Position numbers and translations under genes: made by a program. Shown piece by piece: positions 47,603 through 57,729 of a stretch of DNA of 64,000 nt. The stretch is from the NCBI GenBank assembly GCA_963703775.1, contig CAVPFP010000029.1, positions 17,105 through 81,104 of the forward strand, written 5' to 3'. Every line of letters begins with the position of its first letter. Positions within the stretch are counted from its first letter, which is position 1. The notes below the pieces were generated by a model. It was given only the letters and a program-made list of their open reading frames with translations, did no database searches and was not told where the DNA came from. Source of the stretch: an uncultured Solirubrobacterales bacterium (lineage in GTDB: Bacteria > Actinomycetota > Thermoleophilia > Solirubrobacterales > Solirubrobacteraceae).

Positions 47603-48642
47603 AAGCCGCTCCAGTGCGCCTCGCCCTGCCCGAGCGGCACCGGCTCGCTCGTGGCGTACACGCCAGCCGTCGCGCCAGCGGGGTCCGGCGCCGGCATCGC
47701 GAGCGCGGCCTGCGCCGCCGCTGCGACGTCTTCAGCCACGGCTGCATCGATCGCGGCGACGTCCACCCCCAGCGCGACGAGACGGCCGCGCTGGCGCTCG
47801 AGCGGGTCGCGTTCCTCCCACTTCGCGAGCAGCTCGGCCGGGACGTAGCGCGCGTCGTCGTGCGCGCCATGCCCGTGCATGCGCATCGTCGTCGCCGCGA
47901 TCAGCGTCGGCCCCTCGCCGGCGAGCGCGCGCTCGCGCGCCTGGCGGGTCGCCTCGAAGACCGCCTCGACATCGTTGCCGTCGACTGGCTCGCCGTGGAT
48001 CCCGTAGGCGCTCGCGCGCGCGAGTGGGTGAACCGGGAATTGGGCGGCGCTCGGCGTCGAGTACGCGTATCCGTTGAGCTCGAGGACGAGGATCAGCGGC
48101 AGGCGCTCGATCGCCGCAAAGTTGACCGCCTCGTGCCAATCCCCGACGGAGGTCGCGCCGTCGCCGAAGAACGCGAGCGAGCAACGCTGCTCGCCGCGGA
48201 GCTTGAAGGCAAGCGCCATTCCCGCCGCGACGACCACCATGTCGGCGAGCATCGAGGTCATTCCGACGACGCCACGCGAGGCCTCGCCAAGATGGACGTT
48301 GCCGTCGCGCCCGCGGCCAACCCCGCCGGCGCGCCCGAGATAGTGGGCGAGGATCGCGAGCGGCGTCGTCCCGCGCACGAGATGGGTGCCCATGTCGCGG
48401 ATCAGCGGGCAGACCGTGTCAGCCGCGTCGAGCGCGTACGTGGCGCCGACGCAGGTCGCCTCCTGGCCGCGACCGTCGTAGTAGGAGCCCGGGACCCGGC
48501 CCTGCTTGTAGAGCGAGAGCCCGCGTTCCTCGACGGCGCGCTGCAGCGCCATGAACCTGTAGAGAGAGACACGATCCGGCAGCTCGAGGTATGGCCCCTC
48601 GCGCGTGCCCTCCGCGGCGCCAGTCGTGGGCAGAGTGCTCAA
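47593..48642 (-). CDS. 2-oxoacid dehydrogenase E1 component alpha subunit (TPP-dependent)
   Basis: Track ORF of 349 aa: ..YYDGRGQEA..FFGDGATSVGDWHEAVNFAAIERLPLILVLELNGYAYSTP.. (TPP motif GDG..N). Confidence 0.9.
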   Translation of the reverse strand: MSTLPTTGAAEGTREGPYLELPDRVSLYRFMALQRAVEERGLSLYKQGRVPGSYYDGRGQEATCVGATYALDAADTVCPLIRDMGTHLVRGTTPLAILAHYLGRAGGVGRGRDGNVHLGEASRGVVGMTSMLADMVVVAAGMALAFKLRGEQRCSLAFFGDGATSVGDWHEAVNFAAIERLPLILVLELNGYAYSTPSAAQFPVHPLARASAYGIHGEPVDGNDVEAVFEATRQARERALAGEGPTLIAATTMRMHGHGAHDDARYVPAELLAKWEERDPLERQRGRLVALGVDVAAIDAAVAEDVAAAAQAALAMPAPDPAGATAGVYATSEPVPLGQGEAHWSGFCS

Positions 48643-48693
48643 ACTGCGCGATCGTACCGCGGCGGGGCCGCGGACCGCCTCGAGAGCTCAAAC

Positions 48694-49772
48694 CTAGGCC
48701 GGCTGCGCGACAGCGAAGCGACGGCGGATCTCGTACAGCGTCGTACGCTCGGCGGCAGGTCGGCCAGCCGCTGTGTGCCGCGCCGATCAGGTCCTCAGGG
48801 TCGAGCTTGACGCCGTGGTAGGAGCCCGCCATCCGGCTGATCGACTCCTCCATCAGCGTGCCGCCGAGGTCGTTGACGCCCCAGCGCAGCGACTCTGTCG
48901 CTGCGTCCAGACCCAGCTTCACCCAGGAGCTCTGGAGGTTGGGGATCGAGCGACCCAGCGCGAGGCGGAAAACCGCCGTGTGCTTGAGCTTCTCCTCGGT
49001 CGAGAGCTCCTCGACGCCGTGCGTGCGCCCAAGCAGCGTCTGGAACGGGATGAACGAAAGCGGCACGAACTCGGTGATGCCGCCGGTACGCTGCGGCAGC
49101 TCGCGAACGACGCGCATGTGCTCGGCGAGCTCCCACGGCTCCTCGATGTGCCCGAACATCACCGTCGCCGTCGATCGCAGGCCGATGCGGTGCGCCGCCT
49201 CGATGATCTCGACCCAGCGCGCGACCGGGCAGCTTGTTCGGGCGAGATGCGCTCGCGCACGCCGTCATGCGAGGATCTCCGCCGCCGTCCCCGGGGACGG
49301 AGTCGAGGCCGGCGTCGCGCAGCCGCGACGAGAACCTCCGTCGGGCCGCAGGCCCGAGACGTCGCACATGTGCGCGATCTCCATCGGCGAGTAGGCGTGG
49401 AGGTGAGATGTCGGCGCGGTCTCCTTGATCACGCGCAGCCAGTGCTCGTAGTCGGCGAGCGTCCAGTCGGGGTGGATGCCCGACTGCATGCAGATCTCGG
49501 TCGCGCCGACCTCGACCGCCTCGCGGACCTTCGCCTCGAGCGTCGCGCGGTCGTGCTCGTAGGCGTCCGGCGAGCGGCGGCTCTGGCCAAAGCCGCAGAA
49601 GGCGCAGCCGACGATGCAGATGTTCGAGACGTTGATGTTGCGGCAGACGACGAACGTGACCGTCTCGCCGGCGAGCTCGGCGCGCAGCTCGTCGGCGGCC
49701 TGCGCGGATGTCCTCGATCGCCTCGGGTCGCGTCTCGGCAAACAGCGCCGTGAGCTCCTCCTCGCTTAGCAC
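48694..49772 (-). pseudogene. cofH: FO (7,8-didemethyl-8-hydroxy-5-deazariboflavin) synthase subunit CofH, about eight frame breaks
   Basis: Pieces from track ORFs 48795..49772 (VLSEEELTALFAETRPEAIEDIRA), 49265..49741 (AADELRAELAGETVTFVVCRNINVSNICIVGCAFCGF..HLHAYSPMEIAHMCDVSGL) and 48419..49162 (VMFGHIEEPWELAEHMRVVREL..TEFVPLSFIP..WGVNDLGGTLMEE), plus short segments in other frames. The C-terminus AAGRPAAERTTLYEIRRRFAVAQPA-stop ends at 48696-48694. Radical-SAM CxxxCxxC is present. Confidence 0.8.
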
Positions 49773-49811
49773 GACGCCGTCGCGCCCCTTCCGACCGCAC
49801 CAGCGACCAGA

Positions 49812-50950
49812 TCACTGCGGATCACTCGCTCCGAGCGTCGCCCGCTCGCCGCGCCGCGGGATGAAGGACCAGTAGCGCGCCTTGATCGTGTCGAGCACCG
49901 CCGCGCGACTGCCACTCCGGGTCGATGAAGTCCGGGTAGACGCACAGCCGCTCGGTCAAGCGCGAAGCCCTCGCGGGCGAGCGTCCGGCGGACTCGCTGC
50001 GGCGAGGGGAACGGGTGCTCGGGCGAGATGTGGTCGCCGTTGGCCGAGAGGCCGCCGAGGTCGCTCGCACCGGCCGCGACGAGCGCCGGCCACCAGTCGG
50101 CAAGGTTCGGCGGAACCTGGATGCCGACACCGGGGAGCAGCTCGCGCGTCGCGCGCACAAGCTCGAGCATCTCGTCGATCGAGACCGCGCAGGCCCAGTC
50201 GGGCAGCGGGAGCTGCGGATGGCGGCCGATGCCCGTGCGCCAGTACGCCTCGGCGGCGGCGGTTGCGATCTCGGCGGGCTCCTCGCCGTAGTAGCGGCGG
50301 TGCGGGACGAAGTTCTGGAGGATCAGCTCCTGGATGTGGCCGTAGCGGTGGTGCAGTGCGGCGAGCGCCTCGAGCGCCTCGATGCGATCGGCGTGCGTCT
50401 CGCCGATGCCGACGAGGATGCCGCTCGTGAACGGGATGCGCAGCTCGCCGGCGTCGCTGATCGTCTGCAGGCGCAGCGCGGGTCCTTCGTCGGCGAGCCG
50501 GCATGCGCGGTCAGGTCGGCACGCAGCGACTCGAGCATCAGGCCCTGGGAGGCCGTCACGTCGCGCAGGCGCGCGAGGTCGGAACGCGCGAGCGCGCCGA
50601 GGTTGGTGTGCGGGAGGAGCCCCCGCTCGAGCGCGCGCTCGCAACACCAGACGACGTAGTCGACGAAGTCGATCGAACCCGAGCTCGGCGAGCTTTGCAG
50701 CCACGCCGGGATGGGCGGCCGGGTCGTCGCCCGTCAGGACCAGGAGCTCCTTGACGTTGCCGGCACCCGCGCGGTCGAGCAGTGCGATCACCTCGTCCGG
50801 CTCGTGCAGGTGGGCCCTGTGCGTCGCGAAGGCGCAGTACTTGCAGTGCGAGACGCAGGTGCGCGAAAGTGAGAGCGTCAGGTTGCGCGAGAAGCTGACC
50901 CGCCGTGTCGGGCGCTCGATTGGCCGCTCTGAGCTCGCGCTTGCTCGCAT
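49812..50950 (-). pseudogene. cofG: FO synthase subunit CofG, four frame breaks
   Basis: ATG at 50950: MRASASSERPIERPTRRVSFSRNLTLSLSRTCVSHCKYCAF.. (radical-SAM motif). Then / DFVDYVVWCCERALERGLLPHTNLGAL..SQGLMLESL..SPTKDP / ALRLQTISDAGELRIPFTSGILVGIGE..LILQNF..GDHISPEHPFP..REGFAL / TERLCVYPDFIDPEW / VLDTIKARYWSFIPRRGERATLGASDPQ-stop (49814-49812). Breaks lie near 50672, 50475, 49958 and 49905. Confidence 0.8.
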
Positions 50951-50955
50951 CGTGG

Positions 50956-51484
50956 TCAACTGTCGCCCGAAGAGGCTACCCCGTCCGGCCCGCCGCGGAA
51001 CGAGCCGTAGCGCCCGCGAAAGAAGACGAGCGGATCGACCGGGTCGGGGTTGAGCTCGAGCCGATCGACGGCGCCGACGACGATCAGGTGGTCGCCCGCC
51101 TCGTGGACTGCGTCGATCGTGCATTCGATCCAGGCGATCGCCTCGTCGAGCGCCGGGCCGGCCGCAAGCTGATGCCAGGCAACCCCGGCGAAGCGGTCGA
51201 CGCCGCGCTGCGAGAAGCGCCGCGAGATCTGCTCGTGGTGGGCGGCGAAGATGTTCACGGCAAATGCCCCGGTGGCCGCGATCTTCGGCCAGGTCGTCGA
51301 ATCCTTGGCCGGGCAGAAGAGGACGAGCGGCGGCTTGAGCGAGACCGAGGTGAACGAGTTCGAGGACATGCCGACGGGCCCTCGATGCATGGTTCGCCGT
51401 CACTACGACGACGCCGGTCGGCAGGTGGCCGAGAACCTCGCGGAAGCGCTCTTCGCCGGTCGGCGGCTCGCTCGCAGCTTGCAT
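50956..51484 (-). pseudogene. flavin reductase-like (FMN-binding split-barrel) protein, one frame break
   Basis: The N-terminus MQAASEPPTGEERFREVLGHLPTGVVVVTA is in the frame of the giant track ORF. It continues as ..GPVGMSSNSFTSVSLKPPLVLFCPAKDSTTWPKI..DHLIVVGAV.. in track ORF 50956..51390. The break is near 51392. The stop is 5 nt before the cofG start. Confidence 0.75.
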
Positions 51485-51519
51485 GCGCGTTGACGTTACC
51501 GGGCGGCGGTTGCGGGTCG

Positions 51520-53110
51520 TCAGCGCGCCGGGCGCAGGTACTCGTAGTAGGTGACGGGGACGGCGCGGGCTGCATAGCCGATGATCGGCGCGCGTGTCAC
51601 GTTCTCGACGGGCAGCTCGAAGAGGTTGACCGCCGGCACGTCGGAATCGATGCGCGCCGTGATCTTTTCGATCAGCGGGCCGGCGGGCGCGCTCGCCGGC
51701 GTTCGCGCGAGCTGGGCGAGGAGCTTCGCGACCGCGGGATCGGCGTAGCCGAAGTGGCTGGCCGGGCTCGACGGATCGAGGCCGAGACCACCATCGGTGG
51801 TGATCAGCGTGAAAGCCGCGCCAGCGAGGAGCGGCATGACGTCCTCGATCGCCGAAGGCACCTGGTGGGCGCCGGCCAGCGCGTAGAGCTGATCGTCGTC
51901 GTAGACCACCGTTGGCGCAAGGGTGATCCCGATCTGAGCAAGCTGTTGGCCCAGCAGGTAGAGCTCGGAGCCCTGGTTGCCGACGCCAAGGTCGTAGGGC
52001 ACGTAGACGGGTAGCGTGAGGCCGTGCGCGTAGCCGGCCGCCGCCAGCAGGCGCCGGGCCGTCGCAAGGTCGTCGACGCCCGGCTGCGCCAGGCCATAGG
52101 CGGCGGGGAGCGCGAGCACGTCCGGCTTCGCGAAGCCACCCAGGTCTGTCCGGCGATCTGTGAGCGATCGATCGCGATATCGAGCGCCCGGCGCACAGCG
52201 GGGTCGTTGAACGGCTTGACGGCAAGGTTGAGGAACCACGACTCGACGGCCGGGCCCGTCTGCAGGATGCTCGCGCGGACGTGGTTCGCCCACCCGTACT
52301 GGATCGCAGTGCCATAGTCGCCGAAATCAAGGCCGGTCGTGTGGTCGATCTTGCCGGCGAAGATCGCCGCGAGCCGGTGGCCCGCATCGGGCATCTGCCT
52401 GATCTCGACCTTGGCGTAGTACGGGTGATCCCAGGCATAGGGGTTGCGCAGCAGGATGATCCGCCGGCGCCGCCAGGAGCTGGGCCACGTAGTACGCGCC
52501 GAAGCTCGCGGAGTGGGTGGCGCCCCAACCCTCGCCCCAGGGGTCGCTCGGGCTCGCGTGCGCGAGGTAGAGCTTGCGGTCGAAGATCGCGCCTTCGAGC
52601 GAGGCGAGCACGCCGAGCAGGAAGGGGCTCGGAGCGGTCACGTTGAAGCGAATCGCATAGGGACCGAGAACCGTGAGCGGGTCGGCACGGTCGAGGTGCG
52701 CGAGCGAGAAGAGGTAGGGCGCCGCGGGCGTGACCGCGAGGTCGCGGCGGATGCTCCAGGCGACATCGGCGGAGCTGAACGGATCGCCCGATGGACTGCG
52801 CACACCGTGGCGCAGCTCGAAAGTGATGTCGCCACCCGGCGCGGTCCGCCAGGAGGTGGCGAGATATGGAACGACCGCGCTCGCCGACGGAAGCTGCGCG
52901 TCCGCACCGGGAGCAACGCCGGCCGACCGGACGAGGCCGCTCGACCAGCTCGGCAGGACGGTGCTCCTGCTCGGGCGTCGGCGTCGCCGAGCTGTCGAGG
53001 TCCTCCGGAAGCAGCGGCAAGGCGTCGATGAACGTGCGCGCGCGCGGGATCGCGGCGCCGGGGGTGTGCGAGGTGCCGCAAGCCGCTAGCGCGAGCGCCA
53101 GCGCGATCAT
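51520..53110 (-). pseudogene. ABC transporter substrate-binding lipoprotein, family 5 (peptide/nickel type), three frame breaks
   Basis: Lipoprotein signal MIALALALAAC, then pieces ..TVLPSWSSGLVRSAG..ATSWRTAPGGDITFELRHGVRSPSGDPFSSADV.. (frame of ORF 52327..52803). Next RIILLRNPYAWDHPYYAKVEIRQMPDAG..ESWFLNLAVKPFNDPAVRRALDIAIDR.. (ORF 51804..52394). Finally DLGGFAKPDVLALPAAYG..YYEYLRPAR-stop (ORF 51520..52293). Breaks lie near 52960, 52480 and 52145. Confidence 0.75.
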
Positions 53111-53153
53111 CGCGACCGCCGCCGCGTGCCGCCGCGAGGGCCTGACGCGGTCC

Positions 53154-54026
53154 CTATTGCTTCGCGGGGCCAGCGTCGCTCGCCTCTGAGTCGAGCCCCT
53201 TCCGCATGATGCGTTCGAGCGTCCCCTGCGCCGCCGCGAGTCCGCCCGGATCACCGCCCGGCCCACGCAGGACCCACGCGATGGCGACCGCGAGAACGCC
53301 ACCGAGCACGGGGCCGGCGAGATAGGGCCAGAAGTGGGCGAAGTGGCCGCGGACCAGATCGGGCCCGAACGAGCGGGCCGGGTTCATCGACGCGCCACTG
53401 AGCGGGCTCGACCAGAGGCCGGCGAGCGCGATGTAGCCGCCCACCGCGACCGCCGAGAGCGTGCCGACGTTCTGCGCGCGCGAGGCGGTCCCGAGGATCG
53501 TCGAGACGAGCCCCACCGTGAGCACGCCCTCGACGAGGGCCGCCTTCCAGTCCGCCACGTGCGCGCCGGGCAGCGTCGCGCCGACCCCCGCCGCCCCGCC
53601 GATGACCTTGTCGACGAACAAGCACGCGAGCACGGCGCCGGCGAGCTGCACCGCGATGTAGGGGATGACCCGCGCGCGTGGGAAGTCGCCACGCAGCCAG
53701 AAGCTGATCGTGACAGCGGGGTTCAGATGCGCGCCGGAGACGGCGCCCATGAAGAGGATGATCGCCATGACCATCAGGCCCGGAGCGGTGACGGCTGCCG
53801 CGCGACTGACCGCGCCGTGACTCGTCGCCGCGACGACCCCGCCGCCGGCGGCGACGAGGACGAGCAGGAAGGTGCCGAAGAGCTCGGAGAAGAGTCGCCG
53901 CCACCAGAGTGACGCGACGTAGAAGTCCTGGGTTGCGGGGTACTCGAGCGCGAGTAGCGCGCGGTTGCGCACCGCGCGCGCCTGCCGGAGGCCTGAACGC
54001 TCGGGATCGACTTGCTCGCCAGTCAT
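53154..54026 (-). CDS. MIP-family channel (aquaporin / glycerol facilitator)
   Basis: Track ORF of 290 aa with two NPA boxes (SGAHLNPAVT and SGASMNPARS) and six hydrophobic helices. Confidence 0.9.
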   Translation of the reverse strand: MTGEQVDPERSGLRQARAVRNRALLALEYPATQDFYVASLWWRRLFSELFGTFLLVLVAAGGGVVAATSHGAVSRAAAVTAPGLMVMAIILFMGAVSGAHLNPAVTISFWLRGDFPRARVIPYIAVQLAGAVLACLFVDKVIGGAAGVGATLPGAHVADWKAALVEGVLTVGLVSTILGTASRAQNVGTLSAVAVGGYIALAGLWSSPLSGASMNPARSFGPDLVRGHFAHFWPYLAGPVLGGVLAVAIAWVLRGPGGDPGGLAAAQGTLERIMRKGLDSEASDAGPAKQ

Positions 54027-54084
54027 CGGGCCGCCGCGAGCCTAGCCGGTTGCGCGTGCCGCCGCCAGCACTAGGCGGTGGCGG

Positions 54085-55788
54085 TCAGGCGTCCTGCAGC
54101 ATTTCGGGATCCCAGCCGATCGTGGCTGCCCCGTAGCGCTCGCCGCAAACATAGATCGGAACCGAGATCGCGGTCATCACCGCACCCGTGTCGCGGACAT
54201 AGGTCTGCAGCAGGAACCCCTGCTTGGCCGGCGGGGGCTCCGCGAGGTCGGCGCCCGCCGCCCGCATCTGGCTGCGGGGAATCGGACCGGGCGGCAGATC
54301 GACGCCGAGGCCGGTGCGCGCGGCGCGCATCACCGCGACCGAATCCAGCAGGAAGCGCTTCGCGCGGTTGTAGGCGAGGTCCGTCGCGCGGTCACCCGTC
54401 CAGTCGTGCTGGAACCTCGTCGCGGAGGCCGGCGAGTAGCCGTTGATGTCCGTCAGGCCCGCGAGCGCGAGCATCGGCTCGGAGTCGAGCAGGGCATCGA
54501 GGCGCTCGGTCAGGCGCGGGCCGACGGCGTCATACGCAGTCAGGTACTTCGGCGGATCAAAGCCCTCCGGAGGGACGCGCGAGACATCGAACAGGTCCGC
54601 GAGACGCTCGATGAGCGGTCCCTTGACCTCCTCGTAGCGCTGCGCGAGCACCTGCTCGAGGGTCAGCTCGCGGCGCGCGATCGCACCCTCGAAGACCTCC
54701 CGCAGCTCCCGTGCGAGCTGTTGGCTACGACTGTGCAGGTGCGAGATGCTCCCGGATGTCCGAAAGCGCGCCATCACCCGCAGGGCCTCCTCGGTACCGC
54801 GCGCGAGGCTCGCCTGGTGGCCCGCAACCACGTGGGCGTGGTCCTCGATCCGGGCACCGGAGGCAGCGATCGCACGGATCCCACCGTTCACCGCCGTGGC
54901 ATCGGCGAGCTGCTGGCCCGCGATCTGGGCGATCCGGCCGGAGCGCTCGCTCGCTGAGCCGGTCAGCTCCGTCACCTGCTCGAGCGCGAGCCGGCCCTCG
55001 CCGGCGTTGCTTGCCCCCTCCGCAGCCCGCTTGCGCGCATCGCCCGCAGCCACCTGGGCGGCACCCATCTGGCGCTGAGTCCGGTCGATCGTCTGCGCGA
55101 TCTGGGCCGTCTGGGCGGCTGTCTCGGTGGCCAGGCGTCCAACCTCGTCAGCGACGACCGCGAAGCCGCGACCGTGGTCGCCTGCGCGCGCTGCCTCGAT
55201 CGCCGCGTTGAGCGCGAGGAGCTTCGTCTGGTTCGCGACCCCGTCGATCACCGAGGAGAAGCTCGAGATGTCGTTGAGCTCGTTGCGCGCCAACCCGTCG
55301 ACGAGCTCCGCCACCTGCTCGGTGCGCGAGCTCAGTTCGTCGAGGCCCTCGATGACGCGACCGATCACGGCGAGCCCATGGTCGGTCTGGCGCAGCAGCT
55401 CCGCCGTCAGCTCGGCCGACTCACGAGCCATCGCTTCGCCGTCTTTCGAGGACGACAGGAGCGATCCGGCGCGTTCGGCAAGCTGATCCAGCTCCGTACG
55501 CAGACCCTCGATCTCGGTGGAAATCTGGGCGACCGACTGGGAGCTGCGCGCGGCGTCGGCCGAGAAGTGGCTCGTGGTCTGAGCGAGCTCGTCGAGCGCA
55601 CCCCCGGCAGCCGCGGCGAGGCGCGACGACGGCCCACCGGACTCGACGATCGCGACAAGGTCCCAGCGGCCGTCGATGCCCTGTTCGGCGTCGGCCTCGG
55701 CCGGCAGGGCGACCAGTGGCGGCCGCTCCAGGGGCGAGGGGGCGCCAGCGGCCGACGCGTGTGTGGCGAGGGCGTCGCTGGGCGGCAT
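54085..55788 (-). CDS. soluble methyl-accepting chemotaxis-type transducer with the sensor-like domain at the C-terminus
   Basis: Track ORF of 567 aa. MCP hairpin core ..[41 protein letters not shown].. sits in the N-terminal half. There is no TM helix. The C-terminal ~210 aa end in ..[34 protein letters not shown].., reminiscent of PDC/Cache-type sensor domains. Confidence 0.8.
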   Translation of the reverse strand: MPPSDALATHASAAGAPSPLERPPLVALPAEADAEQGIDGRWDLVAIVESGGPSSRLAAAAGGALDELAQTTSHFSADAARSSQSVAQISTEIEGLRTELDQLAERAGSLLSSSKDGEAMARESAELTAELLRQTDHGLAVIGRVIEGLDELSSRTEQVAELVDGLARNELNDISSFSSVIDGVANQTKLLALNAAIEAARAGDHGRGFAVVADEVGRLATETAAQTAQIAQTIDRTQRQMGAAQVAAGDARKRAAEGASNAGEGRLALEQVTELTGSASERSGRIAQIAGQQLADATAVNGGIRAIAASGARIEDHAHVVAGHQASLARGTEEALRVMARFRTSGSISHLHSRSQQLARELREVFEGAIARRELTLEQVLAQRYEEVKGPLIERLADLFDVSRVPPEGFDPPKYLTAYDAVGPRLTERLDALLDSEPMLALAGLTDINGYSPASATRFQHDWTGDRATDLAYNRAKRFLLDSVAVMRAARTGLGVDLPPGPIPRSQMRAAGADLAEPPPAKQGFLLQTYVRDTGAVMTAISVPIYVCGERYGAATIGWDPEMLQDA

Positions 55789-55932
55789 CTACATTGCATG
55801 ATCGACCGACGCCGACCGCGGCTTGAGAACCTGATTTGTTACTCGCGCGAGATCGAGCCGGGTGTACAAAGGGTCCCGAGTAAGCGTCGAGGGCCTCCTG
55901 GACACGTCGACGACGTCCGATAAGACACCCAG

Positions 55933-57702
55933 ATGATGAGCTGCCGCCCGAAGAGCGCGGTGCGCCGAGTCGTCGCGATCCTCGCGATCGTCGGCGGGGT
56001 TTCGGCCGCGGCGGCACCGGTGAGCGCGAACGAGCTGCGCACCATCGGCCCGATGCTGAGCCTCCATGGCCCGCAGGTAGTCCATCTCGACCTCGTCACG
56101 CCGAGTGCGCAGCGGGGCCGCAGCCGTCACGCGGCCACCCTCGCCCCGTCGATCATGCTGCAGCCGGCAAACGTGCTCGTCGCGCCCGGCGGCTACGCAC
56201 GTTTCACGGCTAAGGCGAGTGGCCGCCCGCGACCGAGCGTCCAGTGGCAGATCTCCGTCAACGGCGGACGCAAGTGGCGCTCGATCGCGGGCGCGCACCG
56301 GACGAGCTTCTCGTTCATGGCCCTCGCCGGCCAGAGCGGCGACGAGTTCAGGGCAGTCTTCCTCAACCGCCGGGGCCGCCGCGCAAGCGCTCCCGCGATG
56401 CTTTCCGTGATCGCGGGCGAAAGCGCGCCACTCGTGGTCAATCAACCGACCAGCCAAACCGCCGCCGCCGGTGCGACGGTGAGCTTCGGCGCGATCGCGT
56501 CGGGACAGCCGGCGCCGAGCGTCCAGTGGGAGATCTCGGACAACGGCGGGGCATCGTGGAGTGACGTCGCAGGCGCAACGCAGCCCACGCTCGCGTTCAC
56601 CGCGAGCTCGATCCTGAACGGCGACGAGTTTCGCGCGGCGTTCACCAATGCGCTCGGATCGATCCTTTCGAACGTGGCCACGCTGACCGTGAGCGGGACG
56701 ATCACGGGCCCACCCGTCGTGACCGAGCAGCCGCAGGACACGAGCGTCACCCACGGGCAGACCGCCACGTTCACGGCGACGGCCGCGGGCAATCCCGCGC
56801 CGAGCATCCAGTGGCAGGTCTCTGCCGACCACGGGCAGACCTGGCAGGCGATCAGCGGTGCGACTTCGAACACCTACTCGTTCGTCGCGAGCGCCGACGA
56901 ACAATCTCTACGAGTACGCCGCAGCGTTCACGAGCTCGGCGGGCACCGTGACGAGCGACCCCGCGATCCTGGCAGTCGACTACGCGCTGGCACAGAACTG
57001 GTCGGGCTACGCCGCGACCGGCACGACCTACAGCGCGGTCACCGCGAGCTGGCATGTTCCGACCCGTGACCTGCCCGAGCGGCCAGCCAAACACCTACTC
57101 GTCGCAGTGGGTCGGGATCGACGGGGTCAACGACTCAACCGTCGAGCAGGACGGGACCGAGGCTGACTGCACGGGCACAACGGCCAGCTAGGCGCGTGGT
57201 ACGAGATGTACGGCGATAGCGCGGTGTACGACGGCGCTGCGGTCATTCGGGGAGCAACATACGGACGTGCCGTGGCAGTGCACGCCGCTCGCGAGCTGCA
57301 CCTGTTGCGGCCGGCGACGCGATGACCGCGAACGTCTCTGTCAACGCGAGCGGCGTCTGGACGCTCCAGCATGAACGACGCGACCGCGCCACGACGCCTG
57401 GACCTTCAGACCCCGATTACCTGGACGGCGCCGACAGGAGTCCTCCGCGGAGTGGATCGTCGAGCGCCCGGAGGTCTGCACCGGCACCGGCAATGCGGGA
57501 TCACGCCGCTCGCGAATTTCGGCACGGTCCAGTTCACGAACGCCACGGCGACGACGACAAACGGGGCGCAGTCGATCGGAGCGCTCGGGGGCGAGCCGAT
57601 CGAGATGGTCAGCTCCTCGACAAACTCGACGCTGCTCGCGTCTGCCCGGTGCGAGCCGCCGAACAGAGCGGCTTCACCGACACCTGGTTCGCCAGCAGCT
57701 AG
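55933..57702 (+). pseudogene. secreted protein: signal peptide + three Ig-like repeats + peptidase G1 (eqolisin/glutamic peptidase-like) domain, about ten frame breaks in the last third
   Basis: Track ORF 55933..57069 gives the signal peptide and three repeats of the pattern ..A.F.A.ASG.P.PSVQW..S..GG..W..I.GA....L.F.A....GDEFRA.F.N..G... From ~56895 the reading continues in other frames: NNLYEYAAAFTSSAGTVTSDPAILAVDYALAQNWSGYAATGTTYSAVTASWHVPT / VTCPSGQPNTYSSQWVGIDGVNDSTVEQDGTEADC.. / AWYEMYGDSAVYDG.. / GDAMTANVSVNASGVWTLQ / ..SSAEWIVERPEV.. / ITPLANFGTVQFTNATAT..EPIEMV.. / ..GFTDTWFASS-stop at 57702. Confidence 0.7.
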
Positions 57703-57729
57703 CGGGCCTGCGGCGCCCGCGTGGGCGGC

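Noticed and set aside
48657-48673. GC hairpin CCGCGGC-GGG-GCCGCGG between the cofH stop and the E1alpha start
   Set aside because: The stem is short and has no U-tract on the transcribed (minus) strand. It could be an intrinsic terminator or attenuator, but the evidence is too thin to report as a feature.
47590-48810. 406-aa plus-strand ORF
   Set aside because: It is antisense to the E1 alpha subunit gene and the cofH 3-prime end, and is Arg/Asp/Ala-rich filler.
49766-53302. Largest ORF in the track (1178 aa, minus strand)
   Set aside because: It is a stop-free run typical of GC-rich DNA and is mostly Arg/Ala/Pro-rich nonsense. Only short stretches coincide with real proteins: parts of CofG, the flavin-reductase N-terminus and the SBP signal peptide. 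These continue in other frames. It is a chimera created by frame breaks, not a gene.
55789-56904. 371-aa minus-strand ORF
   Set aside because: It is antisense to the Ig-like repeat gene. The repeat structure and signal peptide are on the plus strand.
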